Below are positions 48,938 to 57,093 of a stretch of DNA of 64,000 nucleotides, piece after piece. Source of the stretch: Candidatus Doudnabacteria bacterium (GTDB lineage: Bacteria; Patescibacteriota; JAQUNI01); contig JBAZQX010000001.1 of NCBI GenBank assembly GCA_041644975.1, positions 39,274 to 103,273 on the forward strand. The letters run 5' to 3'. How positions within the stretch are numbered: the stretch's first letter is position 1; each line of letters begins with the position of its first letter. The notes beneath the pieces were generated by a model. The model searched no databases and was not told the origin of the DNA. It worked only from the letters and a program-made list of their open reading frames with translations. Both the position numbers and the translations under genes were made by a program.

Positions 48938-49798
48938 CTAATTGTACTGTTGATCTTTTCGGATAATGGAAATCATTGGCGAATAAAAGCCCATTTTACC
49001 TATTATTTTGAGTAAACCGCGTAATTGGAAGAAATCTAAAAATTTAATTACTTTTACTAAAGCTGGGCTGCGGCTACAGAAATCATTTTGATTTATTAGT
49101 GCCAGCCATTCCTCTAAAGATTTATTGGTACAGATTAATCCTTGTTTTTTCACTTCTTTTTTCAAAGAATGAGGGGTAATAAAGTTTAGAGTATGAAAGA
49201 AGTTCGGGTTTCTTCTTCGTAATTTTAAATACCACCTATTAATTATTCTTGGCAACCAAGGGATGAAAAAAAGATAATAGATATTGCAATACATCACCAT
49301 ATAGTTAATATTGATACAGTAGATTGCACCATTATCCTTGAGTACCCGTTTAAGCTCTTTCCAAAACAAATCTCGGTCTTGCACATAGTCAGCCACATAA
49401 TGCACATTGATAAGGTCAAAAAAGGAGTCTGGGAAAGGCAGATAACCCTTGTTTACTTTCTGAATTTTTTGCTCGTCTTGATTATTATGTCTTAATAAAT
49501 TTTGGGAAATGCCAATAAGTTCATCATCCGTTTCATAGCCATAGCAGTCAAGCCCTCTTTTAAGACAATAAGATATAAAATATCCAAAGCCGCTCCCCGC
49601 ATCAAGGATTTTGTCTTCTTTTTGACGCGGTAAATATCGCGCCATTTGCTGGTATTGTTTTTTCGCTTCTTCAAAATTGTAACCAGTGTCTAATAGCTTT
49701 TGGATGTTTAAATGGGGTGGTAATACTCCTTCATACATTCTCTTAAGATAATGGTACATTCTTTTTCTTAACTTTTGCTCCTGTCTTTTTCTTTCCAT
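48938..49798 (-). CDS. Class I SAM-dependent methyltransferase
   Basis: ILDAGSGFG, LPFPDSFFDLI and ELKRVLKDNG. Confidence 0.88.
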   Translation of the reverse strand: MERKRQEQKLRKRMYHYLKRMYEGVLPPHLNIQKLLDTGYNFEEAKKQYQQMARYLPRQKEDKILDAGSGFGYFISYCLKRGLDCYGYETDDELIGISQNLLRHNNQDEQKIQKVNKGYLPFPDSFFDLINVHYVADYVQDRDLFWKELKRVLKDNGAIYCININYMVMYCNIYYLFFIPWLPRIINRWYLKLRRRNPNFFHTLNFITPHSLKKEVKKQGLICTNKSLEEWLALINQNDFCSRSPALVKVIKFLDFFQLRGLLKIIGKMGFYSPMISIIRKDQQYN

Positions 49799-49806
49799 AT
49801 TTATTT

Positions 49807-49857
49807 TTTACCTTCCTCCGTTGAAAACTACAGGCGTAAGGTAAGTGGAGCTTACGC
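49807..49857 (-). repeat. Family A element, truncated
   Basis: Reverse complement reads GCGTAAGCTCCAC...CTTACGCCTGTAG...GGTAAA. Confidence 0.45.
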
Positions 49858-49968
49858 GTCTTCTATTTTTGGTTAATATGAAATAAAAACTCGTGTTTTT
49901 TAGAAGAGGAAATAGGTATAGCTATATGCTCTGTTTTAAGCAATTTTCTATTTTTATAAGTAAGGGGG

Positions 49969-51498
49969 TTATCCTGCGTAAGTTCTATTTTTTAAAAGAG
50001 ATTTAAGTTTATATTTAATTAGTTGTTGGGACCAATACAATTCTCCTCGTAAAATTTGAAATGGTAAAAAACCGTGACCTAGGCGCCAATTAAGCCAGAT
50101 TTTGATAATGGGAATAAGGAATAATGGAAGACGTGAAAAAAGGCGAAGCAGCTTTGGGTTTCTGCTTATTTTTTTTGCCGTCTGTATGGGCAAGAGAGGA
50201 AGTGAAGTGAGAAAAAGAGCAAAATTTTTGTAATAGTCGCGAGCCTCTTCACTCTTTTTGGAGAAAATGCCAGTTTCATAAACAATTGATTCCCCTCGCT
50301 CTATTTCAGGTATGTCTTCAAGCCTTAGGTTGCCAGCTTGAAGTGCATAATCAATGATTTTTGCCTTGGGAAAATAAAGAAGATTAAAACAATTAATCAT
50401 ATCAGGACGAATTTCACTATATAAGTTGATTGATTTTTGAATATCAAAATCAAAGGGGATATCAAAGATATGATCAATCATAAATTTTAAATGATACTTT
50501 TTACAGATGTAAGCCGCTCTTTTTATTTCTTTATTGCTTTCATACCGGTGGAGAATTTCTCGTCTGATTTTTTCATCCCCTGATTGAATTCCAAAAGCGG
50601 CCAAGCGGCAACCACTGGCCTTTAGAAGGAAGGCAGTTTTTTCGTCTAATAGTCGTGCGTGGACAAAACAGGTGTAGGGTAAGCGCACCTTTTGACGATA
50701 TAATTTACTAAAATTAGCGAACCAAGCTTTATCCATTGTTAAAACATCATCCACAAAAATTATTTCTTTGATCCGATAATTCTTTTTTAAGAAGAGTAAC
50801 TCATTAATAACAGAGGATACACTTCTTTGTCGAAGATATCGTCCTTTTCCTTGATAAACCTTTCTTTTCTGTTCGTTGCCGCAGTAGGTACAGTTAAAAG
50901 GACAACCGCGGCTTGTTAAAGAGTTAACATTTTGGGTCAAAAATTTTGGAAATTGATTCCAAAAAAGATTACGGTCTAAGAAGGGATATTGATCCAAATC
51001 TTCTTGAAGGGGTCGAGGCATATTCTTTATTATATTTCCTTTGCTCTTAAACCAAATATTAGGGATATCAGTGCGGCCATCCTTTTTTTGAAGACTATTT
51101 ACAAGTTCCAGGAAAGCCTCTTCACCTTCACCGACGCAGACCATATCCACGCAGGGATTCTGGATAACAAGGTCCGGGACTAGAGTGGGATGGACTCCTC
51201 CAAAGATTATGGGGGTATCCAGAACCTTTTTAATTTCTTGCGCAAAGGATAAAGCCCATTGATAAGTGGCGGTAACGCAAGAAAAAGCAATGAGGTCTGG
51301 TTGGAGGGCTTGAATCTTTTCTAAATTTATTCTTTTCCAATCAAAAAACCTCGCTAAGAAAGAGTTGCGGAGATAGGAGCGATCAAACTGTTTAGGGTCA
51401 TAGATTAGGTAAACTGTGTGACCATTCTGTTTAAGGTAGGAAGAAATATATTCCACCCCCAAATTTTCGTCCTCACTAACTGCGAAAACAATCTTCAT
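49969..51498 (-). CDS. Cobalamin-binding radical SAM protein
   Basis: LGVEYISSYL, GGVHPT, GEGE, TSRGCPFNCTYC (CxxxCxxC) and FVDD. Likely start ATG 51498. Confidence 0.92.
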   Translation of the reverse strand: MKIVFAVSEDENLGVEYISSYLKQNGHTVYLIYDPKQFDRSYLRNSFLARFFDWKRINLEKIQALQPDLIAFSCVTATYQWALSFAQEIKKVLDTPIIFGGVHPTLVPDLVIQNPCVDMVCVGEGEEAFLELVNSLQKKDGRTDIPNIWFKSKGNIIKNMPRPLQEDLDQYPFLDRNLFWNQFPKFLTQNVNSLTSRGCPFNCTYCGNEQKRKVYQGKGRYLRQRSVSSVINELLFLKKNYRIKEIIFVDDVLTMDKAWFANFSKLYRQKVRLPYTCFVHARLLDEKTAFLLKASGCRLAAFGIQSGDEKIRREILHRYESNKEIKRAAYICKKYHLKFMIDHIFDIPFDFDIQKSINLYSEIRPDMINCFNLLYFPKAKIIDYALQAGNLRLEDIPEIERGESIVYETGIFSKKSEEARDYYKNFALFLTSLPLLPIQTAKKISRNPKLLRLFSRLPLFLIPIIKIWLNWRLGHGFLPFQILRGELYWSQQLIKYKLKSLLKNRTYAG

Positions 51499-51654
51499 AT
51501 TCTTTTCCTCGGTTGAATAATCTATTGCAACAGAGGGGAATGCCAATACCTTTTTCTAAAATAATCTTCTTTTAAGAGGAGATAAAGAAAAATGGATATT
51601 GAATTGCGCTTATACTTTTATTAGGTCTGTCCCCCTTTTTCCTTAATATTTTTT

Positions 51655-51823
51655 TTCACCCGTGCGTTGCAACAGAAATTTGAAGCTACCATCATAAAAC
51701 TATCCCCAAATCTGTCTTATCCTACACCAGCCTGTCTCTAAGTGCGTATGGTGCATAGTTTCGCCTTCTAAAATTCCGTCTGGACCTGATGCTCATGAGC
51801 TGTCAGGCCGGGGAGGGTTTCAC
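51655..51823 (-). repeat. Family A element
   Basis: Reverse complement reads GTGAAACCCTCCCCGGCCTGACAGCTCATGAGCATC...GGCGAAACTATGCACC...GCACGGGTGAA. Confidence 0.65.
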
Positions 51824-51842
51824 TCTGAGTTTAAAACTATGA

Positions 51843-52697
51843 TTAAGTAAAGTTTTTGAAGTCCACATCTTCGGGTTTGTATTTTGGTTTCCATCCTTTC
51901 AGTTTTTTGATATTGGCGCGGGAAAACATTTGTTCATTTTGTCTGTATGGTACTGCCCCATAGATAATCCGAGAGTGAGAATGGAGGTTATTTTTAATTA
52001 TTTTGACCAAATTTTTGAGAAACATAGTTTTCCCGGTGCCGATTTGAAATTCTTCAAAAATTTTCTTAAATTTTTGACAGTTTTGGATTAAATGCAAAAT
52101 CGCATCTACACAATCTTTGATATAAATAAAGTCTAAATTTTGTTTTCCCTGCGTCATCTTGATGACTTTATTGCTTCTAAGTTTATCTATGGCAAAAGGG
52201 ATAAATTTTTTTGGGTCATCATTTTTACCGTAAACATATTGCAATTCCAAATTAAATATTTTAATCGGACATAAAGAATATTTTTTTAAAAGAGAGTATA
52301 GAACGTGTTTAGAATAAGCATAGAGATTTATATTATCATTAAGTGCGGAATCAAAATTAAAATAGTATTTAATCTTGAATGCACAGCATTTTTCAATGAG
52401 ACGAAGGGCAAAGACAATATTAGTATCCATAATTTGGCTGGGCAGTGAGTTTTTATTTTTCCCCTGATCTACAGCTAGATTTATTACTAGGTCAATTTTG
52501 TTTTTCTGGAATGGTAGAGCTAGATTGCATTCATCAATATCATAGATTTTAATTTGAGGAATAAATTTTTTAATCCGGGTGAGATCCGAAAACTTTCTTT
52601 TCACTACAATCACCTTATAACGATTTGTAAGAAGGGAGGGCAGAAGGTGACTACCGATAAAACCTGTGCCCCCGGGTATGAGGATCGTCTTAATCAT
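51843..52697 (-). CDS. NAD(P)-dependent CDP-sugar reductase (Prt/RfbJ paratose/abequose synthase-like)
   Basis: GGTGFIG, YAYSK, VYG..D..KFIP and QNLDFIY; directly downstream of rfbG. Confidence 0.75.
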   Translation of the reverse strand: MIKTILIPGGTGFIGSHLLPSLLTNRYKVIVVKRKFSDLTRIKKFIPQIKIYDIDECNLALPFQKNKIDLVINLAVDQGKNKNSLPSQIMDTNIVFALRLIEKCCAFKIKYYFNFDSALNDNINLYAYSKHVLYSLLKKYSLCPIKIFNLELQYVYGKNDDPKKFIPFAIDKLRSNKVIKMTQGKQNLDFIYIKDCVDAILHLIQNCQKFKKIFEEFQIGTGKTMFLKNLVKIIKNNLHSHSRIIYGAVPYRQNEQMFSRANIKKLKGWKPKYKPEDVDFKNFT

Positions 52698-53785
52698 AGA
52701 GTTTTGGATTTCTGGAAGAAATATTGAATCTGTTGATTTGTGAATTTAGTAATCTCTGCTAGCCTTTTCGGCTTTTGATAGTAATTTTTATACCAATCCA
52801 AAGTAAATTGCAGGCACTCTAGAAAGGTGAGGCGGGGTTGCCATCCTAAAATTGTCTTTGCCTTGGTTGTATCTAACTTCAGTAGCTGCGCTTCATGCTT
52901 CTTTTGATCTCTTTGAATTTTTAATTTACCTTTTCGGATTATTTTCAGGCTGGTTTTTACTAAGTCTTGGACATAAACAAAACTTGCGTCATCGGGTCCA
53001 AAATTCCAAGCTCCTACTAACTGAGTTTGTTTTTCCCATAGTCCTTTAGCTAACATTAGATATCCTTCCAAAGGTTCTAGAACATGTTGCCAGGGCCTGA
53101 TTGCCCTGGGATTACGTATGATAATGGTTTTTTCTTTAATATATATTGCTCGTATGATATCTGGGATGAGGCGATCCGGAGCCCAATCGCCGCCCCCAAT
53201 AACATTTCCCGCGCGAGCAACAGCGATGAGGGTGTTATGCTTTTTATTAAACTCTTTGGGATTAAAAAAAGATTGAATATAGGATTGAGTTGCAATGTCC
53301 GCCGCTGCCTTGCTGGCACTGTAAGGATCGTAACCTCCTAAAGCATCTATCTCGCGATAGGGGTAAATATATTCCTTATTTTCATAAACTTTATCCGTAG
53401 TAATAATGACCGCGGATTTCACTGTATTAATATTGTTTATAGCTTGAAGGAGGTTCACTGTACCTAGAACGTTTGTAGAATAGGTTTTTAGGGGATCATT
53501 ATAACCCTCACGGACCAAGGATTGGGCTGCAAGATGAAAAACAATCTCGGGTTTTTCTTTTTGTAGAATATTTTTTATTTTGGGAAAATCACGGATATCC
53601 ACGAAATGATTTTTGATCTTACCTTTTAATTTCAGAATACTAAATAAGTTCGGATTTTCTATAGATGCCAAAGAAAGGCCAACTATTTTAGCCTTCCAAT
53701 TTAATAGGATTTGAGTAAGCCAGGATCCTTTAAAGCCTGTATGTCCGGTGATTAAAATTTTTTTATTTTGAAAAAAATTCTGCAT
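52694..53785 (-). CDS. rfbG: CDP-glucose 4,6-dehydratase
   Basis: TGHTGFKGSW, HLAAQSLV, TTDKVY, DPYSASK, ARAGNVIGGGDW and RPWQHVLEP. Confidence 0.95.
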   Translation of the reverse strand: MQNFFQNKKILITGHTGFKGSWLTQILLNWKAKIVGLSLASIENPNLFSILKLKGKIKNHFVDIRDFPKIKNILQKEKPEIVFHLAAQSLVREGYNDPLKTYSTNVLGTVNLLQAINNINTVKSAVIITTDKVYENKEYIYPYREIDALGGYDPYSASKAAADIATQSYIQSFFNPKEFNKKHNTLIAVARAGNVIGGGDWAPDRLIPDIIRAIYIKEKTIIIRNPRAIRPWQHVLEPLEGYLMLAKGLWEKQTQLVGAWNFGPDDASFVYVQDLVKTSLKIIRKGKLKIQRDQKKHEAQLLKLDTTKAKTILGWQPRLTFLECLQFTLDWYKNYYQKPKRLAEITKFTNQQIQYFFQKSKTL

Positions 53786-53786
53786 T

Positions 53787-54560
53787 TTATTCCTTCCAAA
53801 TTTTCCACATAGCATTGCCCGTTTGCCAAAGAGTTTCTAATTTATTTTTATCATTTAGAGTGTCCATCGCTTTCCAAAAACCATTGTGATAATAAGCATA
53901 CAAGTTGCCGCTTTTTGCTAAGTTTTCTAAAGGTTCTTTTTCAAAGATTGTTTCATCTCCTTGGATATAATTAAAAACCGCTGGTTCCAGTACAAAAAAT
54001 CCTCCATTAATATAAGATTGGTTATCGGTTTTTTCACTAAAGCAAGTGATACGCGCTCTGTGATTTATATTTAGAACACCAAAACGGCCTTCTGGAATTA
54101 CAGCGGTCAAAGTAGCAATTTTTCCATGTTTCTTATGAAAAGTAAGGAGCTTTTTGATATCAATATTTGCTACTCCGTCGCCGTAAGTCGCCATAAAGGT
54201 TTGCTTGCCGATATATTTTTTAATTCTCTTGAAGCGCCCTCCAGTCATCGTATTATCTCCGGTATCAATTAATGTCACCTTCCATCCCTCTGTCTGGTTA
54301 TTATGAAATTTCACCTGATTATTTTTTAAATCAAACGTGATGTCACTGTGATGAAGATAGTAGTCATTAAACCATTCTTTAATACAATCTCCTTTATAAC
54401 CTAGGCAGATAATAAAATCATTGAAGCCGTAAGAGGAGTAGATTTTCATAATATGCCATAAGATTGGTTTCCCCCCAATTTCAATCATAGGCTTGGGCTT
54501 AATTACCGTTTCTTCACTTAAGCGTGTGCCTAAACCACCTGCTAGAATTACTACTTTCAT
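53787..54560 (-). CDS. rfbF: Glucose-1-phosphate cytidylyltransferase
   Basis: LAGGLGTRLSEET..KPKPM, DTG..TMTGGR, YGDGV, INGGFF and MDTL.DK. Confidence 0.96.
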   Translation of the reverse strand: MKVVILAGGLGTRLSEETVIKPKPMIEIGGKPILWHIMKIYSSYGFNDFIICLGYKGDCIKEWFNDYYLHHSDITFDLKNNQVKFHNNQTEGWKVTLIDTGDNTMTGGRFKRIKKYIGKQTFMATYGDGVANIDIKKLLTFHKKHGKIATLTAVIPEGRFGVLNINHRARITCFSEKTDNQSYINGGFFVLEPAVFNYIQGDETIFEKEPLENLAKSGNLYAYYHNGFWKAMDTLNDKNKLETLWQTGNAMWKIWKE

Positions 54561-54610
54561 AAAAATAAGATTATTTTAAGTCAAATTCTATTCCCCCCTT
54601 CTTTAAGATA

Positions 54611-55684
54611 CTATTTGGCAGTGAAGGATTTAAAAATCTTTTTCTTATTTTTTTTCAAGATAAATTTTTGGATTACTACATATCCGTAGGCATATAGAAA
54701 CATCAAACAAACTAAAGGATGCATAAACCAGGCTGCATCTTTTTTTTTCCGAAATCCGCGGCAGGCATCTAAAAAGGGTTTCAATATTGTGAGGGTAAAA
54801 AATATATATTCTACTAATAAAAGATTATCCTTGATATTCTTACTATCGTATATTTTATATCTTCTTCTGTCAACAAGTTTGATGCTATGTTTTTGGAAAT
54901 AATCAATTCTTTTTTTGATAAGCCTGCGGAACGAATCACCCGTTTCATGAATAATGGTATTTTTAACGAAAGCGATATTTTGGTAGCCCAATTTAACTAA
55001 ATCAAAGATAATATCAATATGGAAAAGGTCTTCGGGAATAGTTAAAACTTTTTCTAGCAGCTTTCTTCTCACAAGGAAACCATTGCTTCCAACAGTAGGT
55101 AGATCTTGATCAAATTTTACTTTGTAATATATGCCTTGATCGTGAGCACAGCCCTTTAATTTCCAAGATGAATAATAGTAGGGCAAACGGTCCTGCTTTT
55201 TCAAATAGAGAGCCACTGGATCGTTAGCGCCAAATAGCGCACAATAGCGGTTGAATAGAGTATCATTTTTGCGATAAGCGTAACGTAAGGTTTGGGAAGC
55301 AAAAATTTCAGAATCATTGAGGAAGGGTGTCACCATATCTTTAAACCAAGTTTGATAAGGCAAGAGATTGTCTGTATCAATAATTGCTACGATTTCATTG
55401 CGTGCCTTTTTAATTCCCCAAAAGCGACGTGCTTCTTGATTGTCCTGATATCCTCCCTCAATAAATTCAGCTTTATATTTGCGGGCTATTTCTTGACTTG
55501 TATCAGTTGAACCGCCATCAGTAACTAAAATTTCTATCTTCTCTTGGGAGTAGTCTTGGCTACGAATACTCTGGAGGCATTTCTCTAGTTTAGGTGCGTT
55601 ATTGAAGTTGGCGATAACTACAGATAAAGAAAGCCAGCAAGGCTCTGAGATTCGGTGTTTTATTGGAGATGAATTAATTTCCAT
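54611..55684 (-). CDS. GT2 glycosyltransferase
   Basis: VVIANFN, DGGSTD, IDTDN and GSNGF; C-terminal TM. Confidence 0.85.
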   Translation of the reverse strand: MEINSSPIKHRISEPCWLSLSVVIANFNNAPKLEKCLQSIRSQDYSQEKIEILVTDGGSTDTSQEIARKYKAEFIEGGYQDNQEARRFWGIKKARNEIVAIIDTDNLLPYQTWFKDMVTPFLNDSEIFASQTLRYAYRKNDTLFNRYCALFGANDPVALYLKKQDRLPYYYSSWKLKGCAHDQGIYYKVKFDQDLPTVGSNGFLVRRKLLEKVLTIPEDLFHIDIIFDLVKLGYQNIAFVKNTIIHETGDSFRRLIKKRIDYFQKHSIKLVDRRRYKIYDSKNIKDNLLLVEYIFFTLTILKPFLDACRGFRKKKDAAWFMHPLVCLMFLYAYGYVVIQKFILKKNKKKIFKSFTAK

Positions 55685-55717
55685 TATAAACTTGAATTAT
55701 GAAATGTCCTTCAAAAA

Positions 55718-55815
55718 TTTACCCCCACCAAAGGTTTTCAGTGCAGGGTTTCGCCCTTACTGAAACCCCATTCGGAGTAGATGCTTATGAGCCGTGAAGT
55801 CGTGGAGGGCTTCAC
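55718..55815 (-). repeat. Family A element overlapping the 3' end of the TagF-like gene
   Basis: Reverse complement reads GTGAAGCCCTCCACGACTTCACGGCTCATAAGCATC...GGCGAAACCCTGCAC...GGTGGGGGTAAA. Confidence 0.7.
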
Positions 55816-56968
55816 ATTTTTGGATAATAAGGTTAAAGACCCGTTCACTTGACCGACCATCTAAAAAGGTAAGCATTTTTTGACAGGTTTTGCGCCGTCC
55901 TCCCTGGTTCAAATCTGGACGGACTAGATATTGATTAATTGCCGCGAGGAATTGTTTTTTATTTTTAACCACTGTGGTTCCCTGCTCCGTAATGATGTCT
56001 TGATAATGTTCTTTAAAATCGCGGTACACCGCGCTTTTGCGCCAGCGCCAAAAGTCAAATGGTTTACTAAACATTACATTGATGGTCGGCGTGTCGCCGA
56101 GCATTGATTCTATGGCCGCTGTGGAAGAGAAATTGACCATAAGATCGCTATTAATCCAAAGGCTCACGAGCATATACATATCTTGATCCGTAGGATTATA
56201 TTTGAACAAAGGGTGCGGAGTAGAATCCTTTCTGCCAAAGCTATAACGCAGTTTGACTTTATATTTATTCGCATACCGTTCATGTTTAATAATGTTTCCT
56301 CCGGGATGAACCGAACAATAAATTTCCACAGGCATTTTGATTTTTCCTTGATCGCGCGCTTCGGCAATGATTTTGACTACATAGGAGATATCATAAAGTT
56401 CAACCGTCGCAATGTGAATTAACTTTTTTTTGGGGTTAACATTAAGGTAATGGCATAATTCTTCGCGCGAAGGGATTTTATCTTTATGCCAAAAGTAATC
56501 AAGGCGCGGCGAACCAACTATGTGAATTTGGTTGTCTTTGTAGCCAAAGATTCTTTGCGCATGTTCCTTCATCATTTCGTTCCAAACCAAGAGGGTATTC
56601 ACTTTGACCATTTCATTTTGGCGGCGTTCCATTTTCCAGATATTATCCCAGCTTTCTATATAAGTGAGCGTGGGAATTTTGCGTTTTTTTGCTTCCTTTA
56701 GAATAGGGATATCACATTCGTCAAGACCAGTGGTTGTGGAAACAACAAGCGTGGGTTGGTATTGTTTAAAGATAGAAGGTTTCCAGGCAACAAAAATAAA
56801 ACCCGAGCCTTGAAATTCGCGAGTGAGGTCCGGATATCTACTCATCGGGCTGACAATAATTAATTTTATTTTTTGCTCCCGAATTGCTTGTTCAAAAAAA
56901 GGTCGCAACGGTTTAAGAAGCGCGCGGGAGTGAGAGCCCGAGGGAACGGATAAAAAAATGGTCTTCAT
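55757..56968 (-). CDS. GT-B protein resembling CDP-glycerol glycerophosphotransferase (TagF)/capsule transferases
   Basis: SWDN, VWNEMMK, VGSPRLD, HP, SSTAAIES and DGRSSERV; the last ~19 aa are repeat-encoded. Confidence 0.65.
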   Translation of the reverse strand: MKTIFLSVPSGSHSRALLKPLRPFFEQAIREQKIKLIIVSPMSRYPDLTREFQGSGFIFVAWKPSIFKQYQPTLVVSTTTGLDECDIPILKEAKKRKIPTLTYIESWDNIWKMERRQNEMVKVNTLLVWNEMMKEHAQRIFGYKDNQIHIVGSPRLDYFWHKDKIPSREELCHYLNVNPKKKLIHIATVELYDISYVVKIIAEARDQGKIKMPVEIYCSVHPGGNIIKHERYANKYKVKLRYSFGRKDSTPHPLFKYNPTDQDMYMLVSLWINSDLMVNFSSTAAIESMLGDTPTINVMFSKPFDFWRWRKSAVYRDFKEHYQDIITEQGTTVVKNKKQFLAAINQYLVRPDLNQGGRRKTCQKMLTFLDGRSSERVFNLIIQKCEALHDFTAHKHLLRMGFQ

Positions 56969-57093
56969 AGAATATTTTTATCTTTTCAAGAGGGTAAGCT
57001 TTTTCAGCATAGCATAAATTTGGCACTTTTTACAATTAAAAGTTTGACCATTAAAACCGAAATAAAAAGATATTTTAATCAACGTCTTTGTAT

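Noticed and set aside
51655-51823. Hammerhead ribozyme or c-di-GMP riboswitch (CTGATG and GAAA-like words)
   Set aside because: The core CUGAUGA...GAAA and the GEMM consensus cannot be assembled on one strand; kept only as an unclassified family A element.
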